Positions 8,024 through 16,609 of a DNA stretch of 64,000 nt are shown here, in pieces; the first letter of the stretch is position 1, and every line of letters begins with the position of its first letter. The stretch comes from Dehalococcoidia bacterium. Its GTDB lineage: Bacteria > Chloroflexota > Dehalococcoidia > Lucifugimonadales > UBA3495. The DNA lies in NCBI GenBank assembly GCA_034428455.1, contig DAOUHZ010000161.1, forward strand, positions 3,459 to 67,458, in the 5' to 3' direction. The position numbers and the translations under genes were made by a program. Under the pieces are notes generated by a model that saw nothing but the letters and a program-made list of their open reading frames with translations, made no database searches and was not told the origin of the DNA.

Positions 8024-8977
8024 ATGCCGCAAGCCGGTATTCCATCGGAGCAGGAAGTGCTCGGATGGTTCGACAGCCTGTCCAACTGGGGTCGATGGGG
8101 CGATGACGACGAGCTGGGCACGCCTAACCTGATAACTCCCGACAAGACCCGTCAGGCCCTGGCTACCGTTGAGGAGGGCCTTTGCGTCTCACTGTCGCGT
8201 GACGTTACCTGGGACCCGGCGCCGGATGTGCCGGCCCCGCCGGTGCACTACATGGTCGAGAGCGGAGAGGGCTGGAGCTCCGGCGAAAAGGTTTCCAACC
8301 GCCCTTCCGCCGTCGCCATGGACTACATCGGCATGATCTTCCACGGCGTGTCCGTGACCCACGTCGACAGCCTGGCTCACTTCTTCTGGAACGGCAAGAC
8401 CTACAACGGCAAGCCGGCCCACATGGTGTCCACCAGCCTCGGCGCCACCGTTTGCTCAGTGGAACAGGCCAGGAATGGCTTCATCACCCGCGGCGTGCTC
8501 GTGGACGTGCCGCTGGTGCGTGGCATCGACTGGGTGGAGCGCGGCGAGGGCGTGATGCCGGACGACATCTTGGCTGCCGAGGAGCGCTGCGGCTTCCGCA
8601 TCGAACCCGGCGACGTGCTTCTGGTGCGCACCGGCCAGCTCAGGCGCCGCACGGTCGAGGGCCCCGTGCCCCGCGAAGCCGGCTCCACCGCGTGCCAAGC
8701 CGCCTGCCTGCCCCTGTTCAAGGAACGGGACATCGCCGTCCTCGGCTCCGATACCGGAAACGACGTCAGCCCGCCCCAGTATCCGGGACAGCTCACCAAC
8801 CCGGTGCATCAGGTGTCCATCACCGCCATGGGCCTGTGGATTCTGGACAACGCCAACCTGGAGGAGGTGGCCGAAGCCTGCCGGGAGCGCAACCGCTGGA
8901 CCTTCATGGTCAGCATCAACCCCCTGCGCCTCCAGAACACCACCGGCTCTCCCGTCAACCCCATTGCGGTGTTCTAG
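8024..8977 (+). CDS. Putative cyclase family protein (kynurenine-formamidase-like fold)
   Basis: Metal motif FHGVSVTHVDSLAHFF (HxxxxxHxDxxxH). ATG 8024 is preceded by GAGGAGGAGG. Confidence 0.65.
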   Translation: MPQAGIPSEQEVLGWFDSLSNWGRWGDDDELGTPNLITPDKTRQALATVEEGLCVSLSRDVTWDPAPDVPAPPVHYMVESGEGWSSGEKVSNRPSAVAMDYIGMIFHGVSVTHVDSLAHFFWNGKTYNGKPAHMVSTSLGATVCSVEQARNGFITRGVLVDVPLVRGIDWVERGEGVMPDDILAAEERCGFRIEPGDVLLVRTGQLRRRTVEGPVPREAGSTACQAACLPLFKERDIAVLGSDTGNDVSPPQYPGQLTNPVHQVSITAMGLWILDNANLEEVAEACRERNRWTFMVSINPLRLQNTTGSPVNPIAVF

Positions 8978-9109
8978 TCCCCGCCGCGAGCCGTCCGCGA
9001 AAACGACGTAACCGACTTGACGGGATTATCGACACCGTGCGAGCCGGTAAAGTATCACAAGGAAACGTCTGAGAGGGCAACTATCAGCACTCAGGAGGGA
9101 TATCAGACG

Positions 9110-9265
9110 ATGACCACGCAAATCCAGATCTACTGCGTCAAGTGCAAGGCAAAGACCGACTCCAAGGACGTGCAGGGCGTCACCATGAAAAACGGCAGGC
9201 CGGCGACCCAGGCGATTTGCCTGATCTGTGGCACCAAGAAGTTCCGCATCGGAGCCACGCCATAG
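9110..9265 (+). CDS. Small zinc-ribbon protein (CxxC...CxxC), DUF5679-like
   Basis: 51 aa: MTTQIQIYCVKCKAKTDSKDVQGVTMKNGRPATQAICLICGTKKFRIGATP. AGGAGG lies 8 nt upstream of the ATG. The family name is from recollection. Confidence 0.6.
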   Translation: MTTQIQIYCVKCKAKTDSKDVQGVTMKNGRPATQAICLICGTKKFRIGATP

Positions 9266-9556
9266 TGTGCGGCAGCGCGACACCCGCCGGCGTCTTGAGG
9301 CGCTCCCTCGTTGGGCGCTCTTTCCCATCGGACGGCGTAGATCCTGTAAATCACAAAATCTTGATCGTGACGTTCCTGCAACGCAAAGTGGGTACGCGTG
9401 AGCGCATTCACGTATTGACGAACCAGTAAAGATTAGCGTAAAACAATCAACTGCTCCCGGGCAAATTGCCTCCGGCGGCGAAGCAGACCGCGAGGCCGTT
9501 GAGGAAGTCCTTGCTCCGGCTGGCGGGATACCAAACTCACTAAAGGAACGATAATT

Positions 9557-9757
9557 ATGGAATGGCCCCTGCAAGCCTACTCAGTCAAGCTCAAGCGGAA
9601 GGTCGACATCGCCGAGGACTCCATGGAGTTGGTCACGATGAAGAACGGCCGCCACGCCCTCAAGGGCGTAGCCGTTGAAGACCGGAGCATCAATGTGTTC
9701 CGCATCCTCGGAAACGCCGAAGTTGACGAAGTGCGGGCGAAATTGGCTGGGAAGTAA
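9557..9757 (+). CDS. Cysteine-less paralog of the adjacent zinc-ribbon protein
   Basis: AYSVKLKRKVDIAEDSMELVTMKNGRHALKGVAVEDRSINVFRI aligns with IYCVKCKAKTDSKDVQGVTMKNGRPATQAICLICGTKKFRI. All four Cys positions are replaced. Confidence 0.5.
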   Translation: MEWPLQAYSVKLKRKVDIAEDSMELVTMKNGRHALKGVAVEDRSINVFRILGNAEVDEVRAKLAGK

Positions 9758-9795
9758 GGCTCCACTCTGCCGACATACCCCAACCTTCGCGACGT

Positions 9796-11208
9796 TTAAC
9801 GAGCCAGCCAACGCAAGACGCGGCCGGTGACCCCGCCGGTTAACCCATCAAGGTAGGCATCCCAAGCCACCTGCTGGTTGCCGGTCGCCTGCGACGGATA
9901 CGCCTGCATCGTTCTGGCGACGTCCACCATCTTTAGCCTGTTGTCGCTGGCCAGTGTCCACGCCTGCAGCGTTTCGGCCGCCCGTTGGCCGACCGCAGTG
10001 GCGCCCAACGGCTTGCCGTTGCCCCGGTGAACCACCTTGAGGAACCCCTCGGTGGCGTCCTCGGTCACCGCCCGGTCAACGCACGCCATCGGCAGCATCG
10101 ACACCCGCACCTTGTCGCCAAACCGCTGCCGGGCCTGTTCCTCCGTGTAGCCGGTGTGCGCCACTTCCGGGTCGGTGAAGGTCGCCCATGGCGGATGCTG
10201 CGGACGTGCCCGTGAGCGTCCGGGCAACAGCATGTTCCGCACGGCCATCGCTCCCTGGAACCCGGCGTAGTGCGTAAACTGGTACCCGCCCGCGCAGTCG
10301 CCGGCCGCGTAGATGTGCTTCACGCGGGTCCGCAGGTAGTCGTCGATGGTTATCCCCCGCGGGCTATGCTCGACGCCGGCCCGCTCCAACCCCAGGCCGC
10401 CCACCCTCGCCTGTCGCCCCACCGCCACCAACAGCGCATCGCCTTTGATCGTTCCCCCGCCGGCGTTGACCAGGACGCGATTCCCGTCGTCCATGCGTCT
10501 CACCGATTCCACCGGCGACGACAGCCATAAGTCGACCCCGTCCCGCCGCAACGCCTGGGCTATGGCCTGACTCGCCTCCGGTTCGTCGTTGGGCAGCACT
10601 CGGTCTATTGCCTCCACCAGGGTCACGCGAGAGCCCAGCCGCTGGCACGCCTGAGCCAATTCGCACCCAATGGGGCCGCCCCCGATCACGACCAGGCGGT
10701 CCGGCAGGGTTCGCAAGTCCCAGAACGTCTCGTAGGTCAGGTACGGCGTGTCTCCCAGCCCGGGGATCGGGGGTACGAATGGCGCCGCTCCCGTGCAGAT
10801 CAGAAAGCGCCGCGCCGATACTTCCTGCTGGCCGACGGTCAACGTGCGGGTGTCCTGGAACTCAGCCCGCCCCTCCAGCACGTCAATCCCCTCCGCCCGC
10901 AGCGTCTCCGGCGACTCCTGGGCGTAGACATCCTTCACCGCGCTCTTCACCCGAAACATCACGGCGCCGAAATCCACCTGCTGATCCCTGGCGCTGATCC
11001 CATACCGGTTCGCGTTCCGGACAGTGTGGGCAACTTTCGCTGCATGCAGCAACGCCTTGCTGGGAACGCATCCCGTCCAGGTGCAGTCGCCGCCCACCCG
11101 ATTGGCCTCGATGAGCGCCACGCGCTTGCCCAGCCGCGAGGCGAACCGCGCCGCCGTCAGCCCGGCAGAGCCGGCTCCGATAACAACGATGTCATATTGG
11201 GCGGGCAT
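9796..11208 (-). CDS. Class I pyridine nucleotide-disulfide oxidoreductase (dihydrolipoamide dehydrogenase / mercuric reductase-like)
   Basis: FAD fold DIVVIGAGSAGLTAA. Redox-active disulfide GGDCTWTGCVPSK. NAD fold LVVIGGGPIGCE. Dimerisation-domain His-Pro region. No C-terminal Cys pair. Confidence 0.8.
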   Translation of the reverse strand: MPAQYDIVVIGAGSAGLTAARFASRLGKRVALIEANRVGGDCTWTGCVPSKALLHAAKVAHTVRNANRYGISARDQQVDFGAVMFRVKSAVKDVYAQESPETLRAEGIDVLEGRAEFQDTRTLTVGQQEVSARRFLICTGAAPFVPPIPGLGDTPYLTYETFWDLRTLPDRLVVIGGGPIGCELAQACQRLGSRVTLVEAIDRVLPNDEPEASQAIAQALRRDGVDLWLSSPVESVRRMDDGNRVLVNAGGGTIKGDALLVAVGRQARVGGLGLERAGVEHSPRGITIDDYLRTRVKHIYAAGDCAGGYQFTHYAGFQGAMAVRNMLLPGRSRARPQHPPWATFTDPEVAHTGYTEEQARQRFGDKVRVSMLPMACVDRAVTEDATEGFLKVVHRGNGKPLGATAVGQRAAETLQAWTLASDNRLKMVDVARTMQAYPSQATGNQQVAWDAYLDGLTGGVTGRVLRWLAR

Positions 11209-11262
11209 CTCGACGCGAACCTCCGGGGATTGCTTAACTATACGTCCCCGGATGGGGTCAGA

Positions 11263-12765
11263 TCAGCGCGGCCCCTTGATCTGGTCCGGCAGCCACAGCG
11301 CAAGGTCCGGGAACGCGATGATCAGCCCGATGACCACCGCCATGCAGGCCATGAACGGCAGCACCCCGATGTACACGTCGTTGATGGTGCCCGTTTGGGC
11401 CGGACGGCCCGTTCCTTCCACTTCCTGTTGGGCCACGTCGTGCCGCGCTCCTTGCAGCACGTACAGGCTCAGTCCCTGCGGCGGGCTGATCTGCGCGGCC
11501 TCCAGCAGGATGATCATGATGATCCCGAACCACAGCAGATCCACCTCGGCGGCCCGCAGCACCGGGGAGATGATCGGCAGCGTCGTGAGCATCATGGAAT
11601 ACGCTTCCATGAACGTGCCCAGCAGCAGGTAGAACACCACCAGGAACAGCACCAGCTGCACCGTGGTCAGGTTGAAGCTGGCCACCCACTCCGCCATGGT
11701 GATGGATATCCGCAGGTAGGCGAAGGCGAACTGGAGCGTGAACGCCGCCATCAGGATGAACAGGATCATTGCCGAGGAGCGCGCCGCCGACGCGCACGCC
11801 TCCAGTGTCATCGTGCCCATGAACCGGCAGTAGTTGCGCAGGCTTTCGCCGTCAAACCGGTACTGTTCGCGCCAGCCCTCCAGTGTTCCCCGCACCTCCG
11901 GCGACAGGCGGCCGGCGATGCCGCTCCGCAGCAGCAAAGCAGCGATGTCTCCGGCGAACAGCCGCACGAAGTTGTAGATGATCGCCAGGGCCAGCGCGCC
12001 GGCCACGCCGAAACCAGCCGCTTCCGAGGGCGTTGCCCACCCCAGGTAGATGCTGCCCAGCACGATGAAGATCAGCGCCATCACCGGAACCATCAGCACC
12101 GTGAACAACAGGCGTTCCGTCCAGCCCTCCCAGGTCCAGAACCGTCCCTGCTGCTGCCGGGGCGCGATGGCCGGCCAGATCACCGACGCCACGCCGATCA
12201 TCAGCATGAACACCAGCGCCAGCAGTATCCCCGGGATGAAACCCGCCAGGAACAGCCGCCCGATGGACTCGCCCACGGTGAGCCCGTAGAGCACCAGCAG
12301 GATGCTCGGCGGAATCAGTATTCCCAGCGTTCCGCCGGCGGCCAGCGAGCCGACCACCAGCCGCTCCTGGTAGCCCTGCGCTCGGAAGGACGGCAGCGCC
12401 ACCCGGCTCACCGTGGCGGCGGTGGCGATGCTGGAGCCGGCGCACGCGGCGAACACCGCGCAGGAGGCGATGTTGGTATGCATCAGCCCACCCGGAATGA
12501 AGTCCACCCAGCGGGACAGGGCTCGGTACATCAGGTCGGCGAACCCGCCCCGCAGCACGATCTCCCCCATCAGGATGAACAGCGGGATCGCCACCAGGTT
12601 GACGTTGGTGTTGGTCTCCCACGCCCGGTTGCCCATGATGTTCCAGACCGGGTTGTCCGAGAACAGGTTGAGCAGGATCAGCGCCAACGACCCCAGCGCC
12701 CCGGCCACATACATGCCGGCCAAGAACATGACCCCCATCAGGACAAATGCGACGGCGATGAGCAT
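11263..12765 (-). CDS. dctM: TRAP transporter large permease subunit (DctM family)
   Basis: Polytopic 500-aa protein with typical DctM blocks: VAIPLFILMGEIV, ASCAVFAACAGSSIATAATV, GGTLGILIPPS. 55 nt upstream of the oxidoreductase gene. Confidence 0.8.
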   Translation of the reverse strand: MLIAVAFVLMGVMFLAGMYVAGALGSLALILLNLFSDNPVWNIMGNRAWETNTNVNLVAIPLFILMGEIVLRGGFADLMYRALSRWVDFIPGGLMHTNIASCAVFAACAGSSIATAATVSRVALPSFRAQGYQERLVVGSLAAGGTLGILIPPSILLVLYGLTVGESIGRLFLAGFIPGILLALVFMLMIGVASVIWPAIAPRQQQGRFWTWEGWTERLLFTVLMVPVMALIFIVLGSIYLGWATPSEAAGFGVAGALALAIIYNFVRLFAGDIAALLLRSGIAGRLSPEVRGTLEGWREQYRFDGESLRNYCRFMGTMTLEACASAARSSAMILFILMAAFTLQFAFAYLRISITMAEWVASFNLTTVQLVLFLVVFYLLLGTFMEAYSMMLTTLPIISPVLRAAEVDLLWFGIIMIILLEAAQISPPQGLSLYVLQGARHDVAQQEVEGTGRPAQTGTINDVYIGVLPFMACMAVVIGLIIAFPDLALWLPDQIKGPR

Positions 12766-12998
12766 GGGTCGGTCCGATATGTCTCAGATCAGGGTCTCAC
12801 GCGCACAAAAAACCCCGTCGTGCGACCTGTTTACCGACCTGGCACGGAGCCGCCGGTAATGGCGCCGCGGCGACGAGGTGAAAGAACCCGCGCCATCTTA
12901 TCCGACGCTATGGGCACTGTCTACTGAGGCGACCCGCTCACGCGTACCCACTTGGCCCAATCTGTCATACGACTTACGCGGTTGGATCCTTTTACATC

Positions 12999-13101
12999 CG
13001 TCATTCCCGCGAAAGCGGGAATCCAGTGACCGAAATCGTTAACATTGTTCCGGGTTCGTTCATCCTGAAGCGTCTGGATTCCTGCTTGCGCAGGAATGAC
13101 G
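12999..13101. repeat. Family-A hairpin repeat, two inverted 28-nt units (MITE/REP-like)
   Basis: CGTCATTCCCGCGAAAGCGGGAATCCAG (12999-13026) and its inverted partner CTGGATTCCTGCTTGCGCAGGAATGACG (13074-13101). Each unit is itself a hairpin. Confidence 0.8.
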
Positions 13102-13131
13102 AGTTTATAATTTCAACTGCGTAACTCCTAT

Positions 13132-13222
13132 GTCATTGCGAGCGTAGCGTGGCAATCTCGTTGGGGCAACGCTCGTCGCTACGGCAACGAGATCGTCACG
13201 TCGCCGCGCTCCTCACGATGAC
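13132..13222. repeat. Family-B palindromic repeat (about 91 bp), copy 1
   Basis: GTCATTGCGAGCGTAGCGTGGCAATCTCGTT...AACGAGATCGTCACGTCGCCGCGCTCCTCACGATGAC. The arms are imperfect inverted repeats. Near-identical to the copy at 14163-14253. Confidence 0.8.
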
Positions 13223-13293
13223 AAACTGGCTTCGTGTGACAAACCCTGCGTCGTTCCGAGCGAAAGGACGAGCCCTCACCCAGGGATCTGTAG

Positions 13294-14016
13294 CTACGCT
13301 GGGCAGCAGACGGCCCTGCACCTGGACAGGCCATACCAGCATCTCAGGCAGAAGCAGACCAGCGCCGATCGGCGTTCGCGCCCATGCTCGTGCTCGTGCT
13401 CGTCCTCTTCGTGGTCGTGGTGCCCCGAGAGGTTCTCCATGCCTTCCTTGATAAAGAAGGGAATTAGCAGCAGCGCCCCGACCGGGTCGGCCCACCACCA
13501 GGAGAACAATACGTTGAGTCCCAGACCAACCAGTATCGCCAGGTCCTGGAGGTCGCAGAACAGGCTCTCCACCGCTTCGGCGCGCAGAGCGCGGGACTGC
13601 ATGCGCGCGGCGATGCGCATCTTGGCCACGTAGAGAATACTCATCACCAAGGCGCTTGCCACCGCGATTCCGATGCCCGCTAGGCTCGGCTGAGGCTCCG
13701 GCAACAATCCCGCCAGGCTGACCACCGAATGCAGCCCGACGTACCCCGCCAGGACAAGGAAGGTGATCCCGACCAACCGTTGCGCCCGACCTTCGGCCGC
13801 CTCGTTTTCGTGCTCTTCGCCCTCCTGCTTCAGTCGCCAAACCAGGACCGCGCCAGCGAAAAGCTCGATGATACTGTCCAGGCCGAAAGCGATCAGGGCC
13901 ACGCTGCCCACCCGAGCGCCGGCCCAGAACGCAATTACAACCTCAACCAGGTTCCACGCCAGTCCTATCGTTACCAGGACGAGGGCAGTTCGGCGGAGGT
14001 GACCGGTTTCAAACAT
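13294..14016 (-). CDS. Cation-efflux (CDF-like) membrane protein with a His-rich then Cys-rich tail
   Basis: GSVALIAFGLDSIIELFAG and FCDLQDLAILVGL motifs in about 6 TM segments. Tail is GHHDHEEDEHEHEHG followed by ALVCFCLRCWYGLSRCRAVCCPA. Confidence 0.6.
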   Translation of the reverse strand: MFETGHLRRTALVLVTIGLAWNLVEVVIAFWAGARVGSVALIAFGLDSIIELFAGAVLVWRLKQEGEEHENEAAEGRAQRLVGITFLVLAGYVGLHSVVSLAGLLPEPQPSLAGIGIAVASALVMSILYVAKMRIAARMQSRALRAEAVESLFCDLQDLAILVGLGLNVLFSWWWADPVGALLLIPFFIKEGMENLSGHHDHEEDEHEHEHGRERRSALVCFCLRCWYGLSRCRAVCCPA

Positions 14017-14162
14017 GTGGAGCGTTTTACCTCTTGATCAATTCGACCGGCCGGATCGCTAACTGCGTTTATTGACACCGCCGGTCTGGGTCCAGTGTAA
14101 CAGGGAACAGGTAATTTGGCCCCACCTGCCACTCCGCGCGCGTACCCAGTTTCGCCAGACCC

Positions 14163-14253
14163 GTCATTGCGAGCGAAGCGTGGCAATCTCGCTGCTGGAG
14201 GGGGCATTCTTCGGGTAACGAGATCGCCACGTCGCTACGCTCCCCCCGATGAC
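14163..14253. repeat. Family-B palindromic repeat, copy 2 (same orientation as copy 1)
   Basis: GTCATTGCGAGCGAAGCGTGGCAATCTCGCT...AACGAGATCGCCACGTCGCTACGCTCCCCCCGATGAC. Confidence 0.8.
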
Positions 14254-14850
14254 TAACTGGATATGCCTGAGTGACACCATCCTCTTGCATAATTCAGAAC
14301 GTATGCTCTATCATCAACTTGCAGGCGATCTATCCGTTTCCATTCGACCAGGTTCCCCGCATTCACGGCCACCCCTATCAGCATCCAAGTCGCTAACGGC
14401 CTGTGTGGCGGACTGTCTTCGGTCATATTAACCGGGGCAGTCTGCTCGGCCACCGCGCCCGCCACAGCGCGCCATGCCCGAGCCCCGGCCCGGTGTCCAT
14501 GGACAATGAGAGCAAAAACCCAAAGCGCAAATCCTCCGGCCGTAGGGCTGATAACCGCTGGGAACCTGGTCGCCACCCTCCAAATCGCCTGCACACCCTC
14601 AAATCTTCGGAGGCTGCCCATAGCAACACGAACCTGAACCATCCTCGGCGGCAGCGGTCCATCGCCTGTGCCCTGCCGCCGTCACATCTGCAACTCAAGC
14701 GACGCCCTTGCTCCCAACTCCGTAACCCCTGCCACAAACTGGGTGCGCGTCAGATGCCACGCCAAACGGAACCGAAACGGTTCCGCCGCTGACCACCCCC
14801 GGCCGGTCGAACCCCCGGGCCTGAACGCAGCGACGGAGGGGTGATGACGG

Positions 14851-15660
14851 CTAGATTCCGTAACCTCGAAACAGATCCCGGGCCGCCAGCTTGTCGTCCA
14901 GCGATCCGAAGGCCATGGTGTAGTACCCGCGGTAGCCGGCGTCCTCCAGGCGGCGAAACGTGGCCGGAAAGTCGATGTTGCCCTGGCCGGGAAGGAGGTG
15001 CACCTCCACCTCGCCGGTGTTGTCGGCCAGCCGCACCTCTCCGATCCGCCCCACGTCGAGGGAGTCGATAAACCCATTGATGCCCTCGGGTACCAGGTTG
15101 GCGTGGTTCACCGTGAACGCCCACCCGAACCGGTCTGACGGAATGGCGTCGAAGAAGTACTGGCACTCCTCCACCGTGTGGCCCAGGTAATGGACCTCGG
15201 CGTTGTCCGGTTCCCAGTTCAAGTTTTCGAAGAACAGTGACACGCCGCTGCTTTCCGCATAATCCACTGCTCGCAGCAGCCGGTCCCGTGCGGCCTCCAT
15301 GCGCGCGTCGATGGCCGAGCTGAAGTGCATCCCACCGTGCACCACCACGCCGTGCGCGGTGATGCGCCGGGCCAGGTCGATATTGCCGCGCAGATACGCG
15401 TCCACCGCCTCCCCAACGTACGGCGCGAACTCCGCCACGTTCACGGAAGACGCCGTGTGCACCGTCACCGCTATCTCGTTCTGATCCATCACCGTGCGGA
15501 CGGCCCGCAGGCGGTCGTCCGGCCAGTTGTCCACACGTTTGGCGCCCGTTTCGGCCGAGAAGTCGACGTAGTGAATGCCATGCTGGGCGGCGAAAGCCAG
15601 CGTGTCTTCCAGCGGCGTTGCCCCGCCGTCGTAGCCAATGCGATCAATGAAGTCCATCAT
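14851..15660 (-). CDS. Sugar phosphate isomerase/epimerase (xylose-isomerase-like TIM barrel)
   Basis: MMDFIDRIGYDGG...HGIHYVDFS...VHTASSVN...VVHGGMHF...LFFENLNWEP...HANL pattern. ATG 15660 is preceded by GGAGGG. Confidence 0.65.
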   Translation of the reverse strand: MMDFIDRIGYDGGATPLEDTLAFAAQHGIHYVDFSAETGAKRVDNWPDDRLRAVRTVMDQNEIAVTVHTASSVNVAEFAPYVGEAVDAYLRGNIDLARRITAHGVVVHGGMHFSSAIDARMEAARDRLLRAVDYAESSGVSLFFENLNWEPDNAEVHYLGHTVEECQYFFDAIPSDRFGWAFTVNHANLVPEGINGFIDSLDVGRIGEVRLADNTGEVEVHLLPGQGNIDFPATFRRLEDAGYRGYYTMAFGSLDDKLAARDLFRGYGI

Positions 15661-15747
15661 GCCGTCCCTCCGGTCCGATGCAACAGACCCGGTCATGCGG
15701 GACGGGCGCGACGCCAATCCCGTTTGGAGCCCTGTCCTCGTGGTCTA

Positions 15748-16458
15748 CTATTCAGCTGGTTCGACCTCCGGCAGATGCTCCGGTATCCAGGTGCGCAGCA
15801 GGTCGCCCAACTCTTCCCTGCACTCGTCCAGGCGATGCTCCGCGCCCTCATACAGCACCAGTTCCTTGGGCTCCTTGGCCCAGTCGTGGATGGCCACCGC
15901 GCACGAGAAAGGCAGGCGCGTATCCGCCTTGCCGTGCACCACCAGCAGCGGTTTGGGCGCGATCATGCCCGCTCCCTGCGCCCCGTACGTCTGCGGCGAC
16001 AGCGACACCACGCCGGCGATGTTGTCGCTCACCGCCCCGGCCGCGATCACCACCGCGCCCCCGAAAGAGTGTCCCACCACGATGGGCGGTCCATGCCCGG
16101 TGGCACGCAGGAAGTTGCAGCCGGCCACCAGGTCCAGGGCGCACTCCTGGATGTGGTTTGGATGCCGGTAGTCCATCCGCAAGGAGGTGATACCTTGCCC
16201 CGTCATCTCTTCCGCTAGCTCGGCGTACAGCCCGCTGCCTGGGCCGCCGAAACCGCCCCGGGCTCCGCAGACCCAGACCACGGCCCGGGTGGTTTCCTCA
16301 GCGGCGTGCAGGATGGCCGGTATGTCGCCCCGGTTGGTGCAGATCATCAAACCCTGGCCAGCTTCGCCCTCGTGGGGCGGCCCGACCATCACCTTTTCGA
16401 TCATCATTCCGATGCGGTTTTCCGTCGGTTGCTGGCCGGAGCCGGGTTGCGTGGACAT
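15748..16458 (-). CDS. Alpha/beta hydrolase (dienelactone-hydrolase-like)
   Basis: Nucleophile elbow VVGHSFGGAVV. LLVVHGKADTRLP and a late EHRLDE His region. Start taken at ATG 16458 (MSTQPG). Confidence 0.65.
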   Translation of the reverse strand: MSTQPGSGQQPTENRIGMMIEKVMVGPPHEGEAGQGLMICTNRGDIPAILHAAEETTRAVVWVCGARGGFGGPGSGLYAELAEEMTGQGITSLRMDYRHPNHIQECALDLVAGCNFLRATGHGPPIVVGHSFGGAVVIAAGAVSDNIAGVVSLSPQTYGAQGAGMIAPKPLLVVHGKADTRLPFSCAVAIHDWAKEPKELVLYEGAEHRLDECREELGDLLRTWIPEHLPEVEPAE

Positions 16459-16552
16459 GGCGTCTCTCCCGTGGGTCGATTGACCCGGCCAATATAACAC
16501 CGCTGTCCATGTCGGTATCGGAAGTCTCATTTCCGGGCCGCAAGATCGCCCG

Positions 16553-16561
16553 TGCTATACT
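16553..16561 (+). promoter_or_regulatory. Extended -10 element TGCTATACT upstream of the FAD/Fe-S oxidase gene
   Basis: GCCCGTGCTATACTGCG lies 49 nt upstream of ATG 16610. The same 17-mer recurs at 58341-58357. Confidence 0.45.
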
Positions 16562-16609
16562 GCGCCGCACTCAGGATCGGCACGCTTCGGAGCAACGGAG
16601 GAACGATAG

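Noticed and set aside
9796-11208. The FAD oxidoreductase as the missing ferredoxin reductase of the P450 system.
   Set aside because: It carries the CxxxxC redox-disulfide motif of class I disulfide reductases (lipoamide dehydrogenase / MerA-like). It lies 14 kb away on the other strand, next to a transporter gene.
14253-14850. ORFs in the roughly 600-bp gap after the second family-B repeat (for example 14253-14642 minus, 14403-14792 plus).
   Set aside because: There are no motifs, mutually overlapping frames, a biased composition and no RBS. The region is left unannotated and may be a decayed gene.
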